51,129 nucleotides of DNA from a virus (taxonomy: Duplodnaviria; Caudoviricetes): positions 1-51,129 of the IMG/VR virus record IMGVR_UViG_3300020045_014710; one strand, given 5' to 3'. This document shows, piece after piece, positions 27,716 through 37,997 of the stretch (position 1 is its first letter; every line of letters begins with the position of its first letter). Under the pieces are notes generated by a model, which saw only the letters and a list, made by a program, of their open reading frames with translations, made no database searches and was not told the DNA's origin. The position numbers and the translations under genes were made by a program.

Positions 27716-28025
27716 TATTGCAATCTATTGCGCTAAACTAACAATTGTTATTGACAAGGATTTATCATGGCTTGAAAGAAAATACAAAACAATTTCATTA
27801 GATAGTTTTGGTGCCGTAACCATGAAAGACGAATCAAAATACAGGCATTACATAGTAGCGTTTACAGATGTAAATCACCTCAGCAATATAGCTCATGAAG
27901 TTGTACACATCAAAAATCATATTTTTTTAGATTGTGCCATGGAGCTTGACAGACACAAGGACGAACCAGAAGCTTATTTAACCGGTTGGTTATTTGATGA
28001 AATTTACAAATTTTTAAAAAAATGA
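27696..28025 (+). CDS. HExxH metallopeptidase-like protein
   Basis: IAHEVVH...DEPEAYLTGW. Confidence 0.7.
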   Translation: MKKTTIDIAIYCAKLTIVIDKDLSWLERKYKTISLDSFGAVTMKDESKYRHYIVAFTDVNHLSNIAHEVVHIKNHIFLDCAMELDRHKDEPEAYLTGWLFDEIYKFLKK

Positions 28026-28285
28026 AAATAAAACAATTAATCCGCAGCAAAGTTCTGGTTGAGATTTCGGGTGCAGTTACGCAAACTGCTTCCGGAATAT
28101 TCCTTCCAGGTGAAGCAATAAAAAAACCACTAGAAGGGAAAGTAATCTTGGTAGGTTCAGATGTACAAACCGTAAAAGTAGGCGATACCGTTCGCTATTA
28201 CGATCATTGTGGAATCCCCATGGAATACGAAGGTAAAAACTGCATCTTTCTTAAAGAAAAAGATGAAATAGAACTGATACTATGA
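28022..28285 (+). CDS. groS: Co-chaperonin GroES
   Basis: TASGIFLP..A..KP.EGKVILVG...VKVGDTV. Confidence 0.88.
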   Translation: MKIKQLIRSKVLVEISGAVTQTASGIFLPGEAIKKPLEGKVILVGSDVQTVKVGDTVRYYDHCGIPMEYEGKNCIFLKEKDEIELIL

Positions 28286-28533
28286 TCGAAATAGACTTAG
28301 AAGTGCTTTGGATTCCAGACGAATTAAAGCCAATTCAGGAATCCGGTATGGAAGTGCCAATGAAAGATTGTACTACAAGGATACATACATTTTATTTGAT
28401 AGCTGGCATACGACCTCATGACGAAAAAGGATATTGTGAAGTATTGTCTAATAATGATGTTTACATAATAAAAGAATCCTACGAATCCGTAAAGCAAAAA
28501 ATAAAAAACCAAATGAATTTCAAATGGAATTAA
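28282..28533 (+). CDS. Hypothetical protein
   Basis: Operon packing. Confidence 0.65.
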   Translation: MIEIDLEVLWIPDELKPIQESGMEVPMKDCTTRIHTFYLIAGIRPHDEKGYCEVLSNNDVYIIKESYESVKQKIKNQMNFKWN

Positions 28534-28736
28534 ACAACATAAAAAGAGCGAAAATTAAGCGCATCATTAAACAGCAAAAGAAGAATGTTCATCATTTAAT
28601 TTTGTTAGATTTAGATGCACTTCCGAATACAATAGATTGTAAAAAAGCTTTTAGTTTTTTTAATCAACAAGGAGTTTTTTTAACAAGCTCTAAGCCTAAA
28701 ATAGATAAAGGATATAGATTTAGTAAGAGAATTTAA
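28524..28736 (+). CDS. Hypothetical protein
   Basis: Operon packing. Confidence 0.55.
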   Translation: MELNNIKRAKIKRIIKQQKKNVHHLILLDLDALPNTIDCKKAFSFFNQQGVFLTSSKPKIDKGYRFSKRI

Positions 28737-28743
28737 TTTAGCA

Positions 28744-29264
28744 ATGAAAAAAAAAAAGTAATATCCTACCTCGCCAAAGACGTTTCCCGAAGCTACAATG
28801 AACAATTGGAGTTGCTTCGTTTTGCGTCCGTGGCCGTAGAATCTGCTTTTACAAAACGATACTTCAATTCCTTATTGCTATTAATGAAATTATCCAAATC
28901 CGAAAGAATTTTTTTGGACTTTATCACTGAGGAAATGGATGATAATAATTTTATAACCAATAGTTCTCAGGTCCGCGACAAATTCAATTCATTACTGATA
29001 AAAATTGGTCAAGATATTTATTCAGATACTACCATTCACCGTTGCTTTGCAAACCTTACCAAGTCACATTTAATTTCCAAAATGAAAGGAAGAGGATTGT
29101 ATCAGGTAAGTCCAGTCTTCTTTTTCCGTGGTTCCGAAGAGCAGCGCGCCAAAGTATTGCGACATATACTGGAAGCCATTAACAAAGAACCTATCAATAA
29201 GTTACGACACAAACTGCTTACCGGTACAAAGGTTTCTTCTTTTCAGGAGCCGGAGCCTGATTGA
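28744..29264 (+). CDS. RepL-like winged-helix protein; ATG 28744 is out of frame because of an A11 tract
   Basis: Body ..GRGLYQVSPVFFFRG resembles RepL-type HTH; track start is TTG 28806; one extra A or a -1 shift joins ATG 28744 to it. Confidence 0.65.
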
Positions 29265-29793
29265 TTTTCAAAATCAAATCCATTTTCTTTTTGTCAAATG
29301 CCGTTCTGGTTTTCTTTCTCGCTAATGGATTGCTATAATCCTCTAAGAATTTCTTTTCTCCAGACAACAATTCATAAAAATCTTTTATTATTACGGTAGC
29401 ACTGGCATTCAATCGGTACACATGTTTCCCTAAATTATCCCCGTTCTGTACAATCCCCAAATAACCGGTATTCATCAAGTTTTTTATAGAACGGTACTTG
29501 AACTGCTTCGGAATTTCAGCATAATCTTTTTGAGTAAAGAATTTCTTTCCATGCAAGTATAACAGTAATTCAAATAATCCAAGATCAATTTTATATTTTT
29601 TCTGGATATAAGGCCTTACAACAATTAAATTTTCCAAAAAATCATAACCCTCAAACAGTTTTAAATTAAACTGTTTTGAGTATTTATTTTTCTTCGCTTC
29701 AGCATTATAATCATAAACCAATTTTATATTACTTTCCTTCAAAGCATCAAGAACATTTTCAGATACCATTTCTTTTACCGGTTTTTTCTTCAT
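29218..29793 (-). CDS. Winged-helix-like hypothetical protein
   Basis: 191 aa; ELLLYL...FFT..DY; own TATATTTG element at 29821-29828. Confidence 0.7.
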   Translation of the reverse strand: MKKKPVKEMVSENVLDALKESNIKLVYDYNAEAKKNKYSKQFNLKLFEGYDFLENLIVVRPYIQKKYKIDLGLFELLLYLHGKKFFTQKDYAEIPKQFKYRSIKNLMNTGYLGIVQNGDNLGKHVYRLNASATVIIKDFYELLSGEKKFLEDYSNPLARKKTRTAFDKKKMDLILKINQAPAPEKKKPLYR

Positions 29794-29904
29794 AATAGGT
29801 AGTACAAATAAATTATACTACAAATATAAATAGATTGCACTATAATAAATAAAAACTATTATCTTTGTTTTTTAAATAGTTTTTAATTATCAAATTTTAA
29901 AGTA

Positions 29905-32900
29905 ATGCCAAAAGCAAACGACACTGATATTTACAAATACAATGAGTATCCTAGTTTATTGGATTACTTGTTTGGTGCCGATTTTGAAGACTATAAAAAA
30001 AACAAAAGTTTTCGTTTAAATTCTATTATCCAGTTAATCAATAATGTAAACGGAATCAATAATCTACAGTTTATTTTTTCGGACGGTAGCGATCCTGATG
30101 TTGATTATTTTGATAAAGGATACTTTTTTACAGATAATAACGAAACCAATCCTTACAGTTTTACAAAGCTTATTCTAAACAAAGAATCGCTGCAGCCTAT
30201 AAATTTGACTTTATTGTTCGAAAGGTTGGCAAGCATTGAAAACCTAGTCATAAAATTAGAAAATCCAGCTAATCCAAATAACTTCTTCAATTTTAGAATA
30301 ACAGGGATCACGGATGAAACAGATTTTTTTGTTTTTGACGTAGTAGTTTTTGAAGATTTTTTCTTTGGAGAATTATTAAACGAAACAATCTACAGCGTTT
30401 ATTTTGACATAAAAACCGATGGAATTGTACAGGACAATATCAAAAAAGAAATTTTAATAAATTGTCCTGCTGAAATTACACTAGCTAATTTTGCCACGAT
30501 TATTAATGCACTTGCTTCATTCAGTATTTCACAAACAGAAATACCAACTTTTAAAGCAGTTTCAAGTGATGCTATTCCAATTACGCATTATGTTGAATTA
30601 CTCAATATAGGAAAAGGGAATTATGGAGTTGGTGGTACCGTATTAAACACTTCAAATATAAAAGTTACTTCTTTTGGAGCGACCGCTACAGATATTGAAG
30701 ATTTACCAACCACTCAAACAATAGATTTAGGTTATGAAGGTGATGATGTTGTAACAGCATTAAACCGACAATTACCTAATATAGTTATTCAGGATCAAAA
30801 CGAAGGCTATGTTATTATAAAAGGAATATTTGCTTTAGGCGCTTTTAGTGAATACTTATGGATAGGCACTGGAGGTTCTTATGGGGGATCAGGGGGATTA
30901 CAATCTTCGTTCTTAGACTTCAAAGAATTATCAAATCCAGTAGTTTACACAAAAGAAGAGACAGATGCTTTATTAAACGAAAAACTACCAAAAGGCACTT
31001 ATGATGGCGATGCAGGAATATTAGACGAAAGAATAACAACTTTAGAAGGTGTCCAAGCTTATGGTAATAGATTCACAGGAAAATCTTATGCTTTGTGGTC
31101 TGGATCCGGATTAACCTATGATGTAATTTATACCAGTTATTATATTGACAATATTTTATATCCAGGAGCTACGGTACAAAGAACATTAAGTGCTGCTGAT
31201 GCAACAAATCCAAGATTTGATTTAATAGCAGTTGACGCTACAGGAGCAATAGTAATTACAGGAACCGCAAGTGCAAGTCCTGAGATACCTACTGTTGATC
31301 CAAACACGCAATTGTCTATTACTCCCGCATTAGTTGGAGCAGGAGCATTAACGCCTACAGGAGTAAGTAATGAAAACATATACATAGAAAATTCAGAGTG
31401 GACGCCAACAACAAATAACGGAACTATAAATTTCAATGCTTCAGCAAATCCATTTCAAGGAACAAAACATATCGATTGCGGTGCTTTCACTAATGGTCAG
31501 TATTTAAAATTTGTAGATAATATAACTAATCAAATCGCTGATTTTGGCCAAATAGGACTTGCAATTAACTTAAAAAACACTTTCAGCAATTCGACGAAGT
31601 TTTCAATTAGATTGTACAATGGTGTTACCGGAATAAGCTCTACCGTTGTCATAAATTCTGGCACGTATAATTTTGATAGAACAGTAGTAAACGCATATCA
31701 GCTTATTGTTATTCCAATATCTGCATTCACTTTTTCAAGCTCTGATTTTGATAGAGTGGATATTGTAATGGTTGGTGCAAATCCAACAGGGTTTAAATTA
31801 GACAACATTATTTTATACAAAGGTTCAAGTAGTAATTCCCCAGAACAAAACGCAATAACATCTATAATTACCGATAGTGGTATTGCCAATGCTACAACTA
31901 AAGATGATACTTTTCAATTTAAAGGCGCTAATGGATTATTAGTAAGCGCCATAGGAAAAATAATCACGTTCACTTCAAACTTCACAACCGCTTTAAAGTC
32001 GAATTACGATAGTGCTTATGCTTGGGTACAATCACATCAAAACGTGGATAATACCTCTGATGTGTCAAAACCAGTTTCTACAGCGCAAGCCGCTGCTGAT
32101 GCTGCAACTTTAGCAAGTGCTCAAACGTATGCTTCTAATTTAATTACCCAATTAATTAATGGTGCTCCTGCTGACGGAAATACGCTAAAAGAACTCAGCG
32201 ATAAGATACTTGCAGTTCAGGCAATAATTGGCGGTTCTACCGCTGATGGGGACGCTCTGGTTAATACCGTTGCTGAACTATTGGCTGTGATGGCTACTTT
32301 CCCAGAAGGAGTTGATCTAGTTACTTTATTAGCAGGAAAAGTAAATACAACTGATATTTATAATGCGCTTGATTGCATTGTTGCTGGTAAAGTTGCCGAT
32401 GCAAGACAGGTGAAGGTGTTGAATGATTTGATTACGACTTTACGAGCTGATGTAAACGCCAATACAACTGCAATTGGTTTACGTGAGCTTTCATCAAATA
32501 AATCACAAGACATTGAAACGGACAAAGCCTCTACAACTAAGTTTTCGAGCATTAAGGCTTTTTATGATTGGTGCGTTGGTAGATTTCAACCAAAATTAGT
32601 AGCAGGAGCTAATATCGCTATTGATAATACAAATTCATTGGCTCCTGTTATTAGTGCAAGTTCATCGGGTAATGTAATAAATGCAGTACTTCAAATATCT
32701 GGAACAAAACTTTTATCGAGTACTGATAATGGGTTGGTTTTAATTTTAACAGCAAATTGCACGGTAACTATTCCAAATGGATTGCCGGCGAATTTCGAAT
32801 GCACATTGGTAACGTTAGCGGGTGCAACTCTTACAATTGCGCAAGGTGGCTCAGTTGCTTTATTGAATAACGCCGGAACTACAATGGCTGAAAAATTAAG

Positions 32901-32958
32901 TTGCACGATTAAAAACACCTTGACAACTAACCAATATTTAACCGTAGGAAATTTATAA
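29905..32958 (+). CDS. Tail fibre / structural protein
   Basis: 1017 aa; fibre motifs NVDNTSDVSKPVSTAQ, LINGAP..NTLKEL and ADATNPRFD. Confidence 0.78.
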   Translation: MPKANDTDIYKYNEYPSLLDYLFGADFEDYKKNKSFRLNSIIQLINNVNGINNLQFIFSDGSDPDVDYFDKGYFFTDNNETNPYSFTKLILNKESLQPINLTLLFERLASIENLVIKLENPANPNNFFNFRITGITDETDFFVFDVVVFEDFFFGELLNETIYSVYFDIKTDGIVQDNIKKEILINCPAEITLANFATIINALASFSISQTEIPTFKAVSSDAIPITHYVELLNIGKGNYGVGGTVLNTSNIKVTSFGATATDIEDLPTTQTIDLGYEGDDVVTALNRQLPNIVIQDQNEGYVIIKGIFALGAFSEYLWIGTGGSYGGSGGLQSSFLDFKELSNPVVYTKEETDALLNEKLPKGTYDGDAGILDERITTLEGVQAYGNRFTGKSYALWSGSGLTYDVIYTSYYIDNILYPGATVQRTLSAADATNPRFDLIAVDATGAIVITGTASASPEIPTVDPNTQLSITPALVGAGALTPTGVSNENIYIENSEWTPTTNNGTINFNASANPFQGTKHIDCGAFTNGQYLKFVDNITNQIADFGQIGLAINLKNTFSNSTKFSIRLYNGVTGISSTVVINSGTYNFDRTVVNAYQLIVIPISAFTFSSSDFDRVDIVMVGANPTGFKLDNIILYKGSSSNSPEQNAITSIITDSGIANATTKDDTFQFKGANGLLVSAIGKIITFTSNFTTALKSNYDSAYAWVQSHQNVDNTSDVSKPVSTAQAAADAATLASAQTYASNLITQLINGAPADGNTLKELSDKILAVQAIIGGSTADGDALVNTVAELLAVMATFPEGVDLVTLLAGKVNTTDIYNALDCIVAGKVADARQVKVLNDLITTLRADVNANTTAIGLRELSSNKSQDIETDKASTTKFSSIKAFYDWCVGRFQPKLVAGANIAIDNTNSLAPVISASSSGNVINAVLQISGTKLLSSTDNGLVLILTANCTVTIPNGLPANFECTLVTLAGATLTIAQGGSVALLNNAGTTMAEKLSCTIKNTLTTNQYLTVGNL

Positions 32959-32961
32959 ATT

Positions 32962-34635
32962 ATGAATTTAGTAGCGAGACAAGTTTACGGAAATAAAAAA
33001 AACACTGTTTGGAATACTTCAATCGGAGGGGTTTCGGCAACTATTACAACGGCTTCCGCATTGGCCACAAAGTTAGCGATTTCAGTTGGTGCAATATCAA
33101 ATTTTACTATTATAGGAAGCGACATTAATTGTATGATTACGGGGAGTTATGTGATTCAGGCGGATTGCTTTTTTGCTAATAATGCTATAAAATTTTATTA
33201 TGATAATGACAATTTAATTTCAGACATCAAAGACAGGGCCTTTCAAAATGCTCTTAATTTTAAAAAAGGCATTTTTAACGGAATTACAACCATAACGGGA
33301 AATTTTGTTTTCGGTGGCGGGGTAAATAACAAACGTCTAACTTTGATAATGAGTAATTTAGTAACAGCAAATGCAGTTCCTTTTTATTATTGCGGAGATT
33401 GTGATTTTACGCTTTACGCACCTAATTTTAGAACAATAGCAAGTTCAACGGGAGACAACACCTCTTTTTATACTATTTTAAGCACTTCAATTTTATATGT
33501 TCACCCTTCTTTAGCTACAAGCAATTCCGGCGGTGTCGAGGGCGATATTGCCTATGCAATTGGCAGAGGTGCAACGGTTAGATATGTAACTAATTTAACA
33601 AATCCAAACCCGGCCACATCAATAACCACGGGTTCAATCTATAATTCCGCAGTACAGTTAAATTTTACCTCACCGACAGGCAGTACAAACGCAATAGATT
33701 ATTATGAAGTTTATATAAATGGCGTTTTAAGTAATAATATTTATAGGTCGGGTGATTGTGTTGTTGGGTTGTCTAAAAATACTAATTATAATATAAATAT
33801 CATTGCGGTAGATATTTTTTATAATAAATCATTAGTTAGTAATACAGTAAACGCAACAACGTCTAATTATAGTTATACAGATACAGAAGCAAACACCTAT
33901 ATCTCAGCTTCGGGTTTAACAAGTAGCGATGAAGAAAGTGCTTATAGTTTAATTTCCAACCTAAAATCTAATTCTTTATGGGTTAAAACGCAGGCTTTGT
34001 GGATGTTTAAAGGGGAAACGGAAGCGAGCCAAAAACTTAACGCTAAAAACCCAATAGATAGCGATTCTGCATTTAGATTAGTATTCACAGGGGTTGGGAT
34101 TTTCAGTTCTTTAGGTTATCAAACAAAAGGAACCGCTTACGCTAATACTAAATTTACACCGAGCGTGAGCCAATCTTTAAACAGTAACGGAATGACCGTG
34201 GTAATTGGAACCAACAATACACCGCCTACAAGCGACACGATAGAAATGGGGAGTTATAATAGTGGCCCACAGGAATCGGCCTTGCTTATTAAACGAAATT
34301 CTGCGGGCCAAGTAGCGGTGACGTTGAATGGTACGTTATTGACCGACAATAGTTTGAACAACGCAAAAGGAATATGGATAGGCACGAAACAATCCGCAAC
34401 AGTTACTAAATTATTCCGAAATGGAGGAGTTAGGATAAACGGAAATAGTAGTGGTTCGTTGCCAAACGTACCTTTCTTTATAGGGGCATTGAATTTGAAC
34501 GGTAACCCTTATGGACATTCAAATCAGAGAATACAAATGGCAATCATTCACGAGGGTTTAACAGATGCGGAAGTGACTACGTTAAATTCAATAATAGATT
34601 TAAGCGAAGCAATAGCGGGCAGAAAAACGTGGTAA
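32962..34635 (+). CDS. Fibre-associated protein with FN3-like domain and beta-sandwich C-terminus
   Basis: LNFTSP..YYEVYING..GL..NTNYNI.I.AVD (FN3-like); ends LTDAEV..L...AGR. Confidence 0.7.
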   Translation: MNLVARQVYGNKKNTVWNTSIGGVSATITTASALATKLAISVGAISNFTIIGSDINCMITGSYVIQADCFFANNAIKFYYDNDNLISDIKDRAFQNALNFKKGIFNGITTITGNFVFGGGVNNKRLTLIMSNLVTANAVPFYYCGDCDFTLYAPNFRTIASSTGDNTSFYTILSTSILYVHPSLATSNSGGVEGDIAYAIGRGATVRYVTNLTNPNPATSITTGSIYNSAVQLNFTSPTGSTNAIDYYEVYINGVLSNNIYRSGDCVVGLSKNTNYNINIIAVDIFYNKSLVSNTVNATTSNYSYTDTEANTYISASGLTSSDEESAYSLISNLKSNSLWVKTQALWMFKGETEASQKLNAKNPIDSDSAFRLVFTGVGIFSSLGYQTKGTAYANTKFTPSVSQSLNSNGMTVVIGTNNTPPTSDTIEMGSYNSGPQESALLIKRNSAGQVAVTLNGTLLTDNSLNNAKGIWIGTKQSATVTKLFRNGGVRINGNSSGSLPNVPFFIGALNLNGNPYGHSNQRIQMAIIHEGLTDAEVTTLNSIIDLSEAIAGRKTW

Positions 34636-34656
34636 AACAATATAAAAAACAAAAAT

Positions 34657-35028
34657 ATGATACAAACAATTCAGCCCTTCTTTTACGAGGACAGAGGTGA
34701 TAAAATCGCAAAAATTAAAATAGAAATTGAATCTTTTGCCACTACAAAAATAGGTGTAGTTTATAAAGTAAATGATTGGGCTGTTCAAGAAGATGGAACG
34801 AGAACGCTTTATAAAACAAAAGAAGTCAGTTATTCAAATGAAACCATTAATCAGTTAGACGCTTACATTTCTGCAAATAATGATTTTACCGGGATGACTA
34901 AAATAGAGCGTGAATGGGCAAAAATGAAAATTGCTTTAATGCTAGACACGCAAACTAATTTGTTGGGTAGTGGTACCACGATTTACAGGTTAAATCCAAG
35001 TGATTGGGAATTTACACCGGAAGTATAA
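34657..35028 (+). CDS. Hypothetical (tail assembly-like) protein
   Basis: Follows the fibre genes. Confidence 0.65.
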   Translation: MIQTIQPFFYEDRGDKIAKIKIEIESFATTKIGVVYKVNDWAVQEDGTRTLYKTKEVSYSNETINQLDAYISANNDFTGMTKIEREWAKMKIALMLDTQTNLLGSGTTIYRLNPSDWEFTPEV

Positions 35029-35495
35029 TGCTAGGATCTAAATCAACATATTTCATACAACCAAAAGAAGTGCTTTTTGACTCCAGAGACAAAGTATTCA
35101 GGCTTTTGGATTTGAAAGGTTATAGTGCCAATGAAATAGCTATTTACTTGAAAGCGTTTGATTATTTCTGTGAAAATACAATTGCATTTGATGGAGCTAC
35201 AATTGTAAAAGATTTAATGGATATTCCAGATTTAGACCTTGATGCGATGCTACACGATTTTCATTATTTGAAATATAATGTAGGGGTTAATTTCATTACA
35301 AAATGGCAGGCTGATTGGATTTATGCCAAAGGAAACGAGCGAAAGGGTAAAGGTTCTTACAGTTCTTTTTCAAGATTCATCGGATTGACTTTTATAGGAA
35401 TTGGATTTGTTCCTTATGTGTATTTCAAACGAGGTAAAATAACCCCAGAACAAAAAACAGAATTTAAAAAAGAATATCAAATTTTAATAAAATAA
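35028..35495 (+). CDS. DUF1353-like protein
   Basis: FDGAT...AMLHDFHY...AD motif; ATG 35028 coupled to the upstream stop. Confidence 0.6.
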   Translation: MLGSKSTYFIQPKEVLFDSRDKVFRLLDLKGYSANEIAIYLKAFDYFCENTIAFDGATIVKDLMDIPDLDLDAMLHDFHYLKYNVGVNFITKWQADWIYAKGNERKGKGSYSSFSRFIGLTFIGIGFVPYVYFKRGKITPEQKTEFKKEYQILIK

Positions 35496-35498
35496 CGC

Positions 35499-36038
35499 AT
35501 GGAAAAACTACTGGCTTTTGCCTTACCAAAATTTACATTACTATTCCTTTTTATAAAAAAACCAACCTTAATACTAGTGAGTGCTCCTGCTGTTGTAGCT
35601 GTTTCTAGGGTAGTAAGTTATGGAGGTGTTTGGGTGATTTTTTCATTCTTTATTATTGGTGATCTATTATCAGGTTTAGGAGCTTCTTATTGTGAATGGA
35701 TAGCAAAACCTGATCGTAAGGATCGTTGGTTTTTTGGAAAAGGTGAAGGATTTTCAAGTGATAAAGCTAAAAAAATGGGAATCAAATTAGTGATTTATCT
35801 ACTAGTGCCTCAATTAATAGTGAGTATTCAGAATACATTACTGCTTAAAAACTTTAAATATTCAACAATTTCAGATGCTGAATTTGAATTAGCAACAATT
35901 GTTGTCTTGTTCTTTTGCTTGATCGAAGGCTTTTCCATATTCCATGAAAACCTACCAAAGTGCGGTTTTGATTTATGGGGTTCAATAAAAAAAATGATAG
36001 GGTTTTACAAAGAAGCTAAAAAAGATATAACAGAGTAA
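35499..36038 (+). CDS. Holin-like membrane protein
   Basis: Several TM segments, D.LSG, FSSDK..K, IEGFSI.EN; directly upstream of the lysin. Confidence 0.75.
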   Translation: MEKLLAFALPKFTLLFLFIKKPTLILVSAPAVVAVSRVVSYGGVWVIFSFFIIGDLLSGLGASYCEWIAKPDRKDRWFFGKGEGFSSDKAKKMGIKLVIYLLVPQLIVSIQNTLLLKNFKYSTISDAEFELATIVVLFFCLIEGFSIFHENLPKCGFDLWGSIKKMIGFYKEAKKDITE

Positions 36039-36040
36039 TT

Positions 36041-36454
36041 ATGGCAAATTTTAAAATAGCAAATAAGTTAACAAGAATATCAGAAGGTGGATACTCTGAT
36101 GTTTATGAAGATAACGGAAACTGGACAGGCGGAAAAATTGGTAACGGTGTTTTGATTGGTACTCGATACGGGATTAGTGCGCCTGTACTGATGGCTTATT
36201 TAGGACGTGTCCCAAAGGTGGATGAAATGAAAAATCTTTCGGAAGAAACGGCTTCTAAAATTTATAAGAAAAATTATTGGGATGTTGTTTGTGGTGATGA
36301 AATCATAAATCAAGATATAGCAAATCAAATTTATGATATGGCTGTTACTTCAGGACCAGGAACAGCAATCAAAATGGCAAAAAGAGCAAGAAATTATCCA
36401 GAAAGCACAAAAATGGATGATGAATTTTTAAATTATTTAAATCAAGTAAAATGA
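36041..36454 (+). CDS. Endolysin, glycoside hydrolase family 108 catalytic domain only
   Basis: EGGY..D.G..T.YGIS, IYKKNYW and DMAVTSG. Confidence 0.88.
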   Translation: MANFKIANKLTRISEGGYSDVYEDNGNWTGGKIGNGVLIGTRYGISAPVLMAYLGRVPKVDEMKNLSEETASKIYKKNYWDVVCGDEIINQDIANQIYDMAVTSGPGTAIKMAKRARNYPESTKMDDEFLNYLNQVK

Positions 36455-36753
36455 AGTATTTAATATTATTACTATTTTTTAGCTGCAATACTCAAATTAG
36501 CAAAGTTACTCCCGTAATTCCCGACGAACCTATTGTGGAATTGCATAAATGCCCGGAGCCAATAATTATAAAGGATACTGTTTTTTTGAGCAGAGAATAT
36601 GACAGTTTGCAAATTGTCATTAAGAAAAAGAACGACAGCCTTTTTGTAGAAAGATTCCGTTTAGAAAGAGTAAAGTATTATAACAAAATCGCTCAAAATA
36701 ATTCCTCCCAAAGAAAGTTTCTTGTAGGTTGGATTAATAGAGCCGTAAAATAA
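36451..36753 (+). CDS. Lipoprotein carrying a GH108-type C-terminal peptidoglycan-binding segment
   Basis: MKYLILLLFFSC lipobox; ends ERVKYYNKIAQNNSSQRKFLVGWINRA. Confidence 0.65.
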   Translation: MKYLILLLFFSCNTQISKVTPVIPDEPIVELHKCPEPIIIKDTVFLSREYDSLQIVIKKKNDSLFVERFRLERVKYYNKIAQNNSSQRKFLVGWINRAVK

Positions 36754-36761
36754 AAAAAATC

Positions 36762-37361
36762 ATGAAAGCATTTTTAACTAAAGCCATATTTATACTTGTT
36801 CTTATCATGTTAGTTTCATGTAGCGCAAGAAAAGCTGAAAAATCTAAAACTATTGAAACTTCAAAATCAGTTGCAACAGAGAATGTAACAACAGATAAAA
36901 AAGAAGAATTGAAAGCTATCGAAGATTCAAATATCAAAGAAACTTCCACTACTATAATTGACGATAAAAACAATACAGTAGTAGAAGAAAATGTTATTGA
37001 ACCTATAAATCCTGATAAGCCTGCTGATTATGTAGATCCTTCTGGTAAGAAACATACACTGAATAACACTAAGATAAAAACTACCAAAACAACAACTAAA
37101 AACGACACTAAAACAGAATCTAAAAAAGATGTTGAAACAGTCAATAAAAAAGAGTTGCAATACCAAAAATATCTAAAACAAAAGCAAGAATTAGAAAATG
37201 AATTGTTACAAAAAAAGCTTGCATTAGACAAAATATCAGAAAGAAAAGGATTTAATTTTTTATTGTTGCTGCTTTTAATTCCATTTATTTTTATAATGTA
37301 TTTAGTTATTAAAAATAAAACAAAAATCAAGTCATTAATATCTTGGCCGTGGTGGATTTAA
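36762..37361 (+). CDS. Putative unimolecular spanin
   Basis: Lipobox LVSC, T/K/E-rich linker, C-terminal TM helix; in the lysis cassette. Confidence 0.65.
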   Translation: MKAFLTKAIFILVLIMLVSCSARKAEKSKTIETSKSVATENVTTDKKEELKAIEDSNIKETSTTIIDDKNNTVVEENVIEPINPDKPADYVDPSGKKHTLNNTKIKTTKTTTKNDTKTESKKDVETVNKKELQYQKYLKQKQELENELLQKKLALDKISERKGFNFLLLLLLIPFIFIMYLVIKNKTKIKSLISWPWWI

Positions 37362-37412
37362 TTTGTCTATTTTAGTACAAATAAATTATACTATTAATAT
37401 AAATAAAAAAAG

Positions 37413-37997
37413 ATGAAGGGAATAAGTCATTTTATTATTGAAGTAAAAAATCCTTTTAAGGATACAATCGAAGTGGGAGAGGCAAAACTATTCATTGATA
37501 AAAAAATATCAAGGGATCGCTCTTCAAATCGTTTTGGGAAGATTGTTAATCTACCGGTATTCGGTGATGAAACGATTCTGAAAGAAGGGTACGAAATCAT
37601 TTTTGATGCTACCATTTTGTACCAACAAATTTACAAAGAAGGCGTGCAGGAAAGCATCCATTTGGTAAACAAAGAAAAGTCCTGGTACAAAATAGAATCC
37701 GATTTAATAATCCTGTACAGAGAAAACGAAAGTTCAGCATGGAAAGGATACAAGGATAATTTGATGGTTTCTTTTATCAAAGAAGAAGCAAAAGTTTTCT
37801 CAGGAATACTTACCGGTCCAGCCAAAGAAAAATTCGTAAAAGGTAAAGCAATTGTAAAATACAACAATGATTTTCTGAAAGAGCAAGGAGTCATTAACGG
37901 ACAAGAAATATTTATAAACCCATCGTGCGGAATACCTTTTTTCTTTAAAAAAGAAACAATGTATTGGATACGATCTAAAGATGTATTAGCGGTATGA
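37413..37997 (+). CDS. GroES-like-fold phage protein upstream of terminase
   Basis: Two divergent GroES-like repeats (GKIVNLP..GYEIIF; SGIL..GKAIVKY). Confidence 0.5.
   Translation: MKGISHFIIEVKNPFKDTIEVGEAKLFIDKKISRDRSSNRFGKIVNLPVFGDETILKEGYEIIFDATILYQQIYKEGVQESIHLVNKEKSWYKIESDLIILYRENESSAWKGYKDNLMVSFIKEEAKVFSGILTGPAKEKFVKGKAIVKYNNDFLKEQGVINGQEIFINPSCGIPFFFKKETMYWIRSKDVLAV

Noticed and set aside
29905-34635. Diversity-generating retroelement or invertible fibre locus
   Set aside because: No reverse transcriptase, template/variable repeat pair or invertase was seen in the window.
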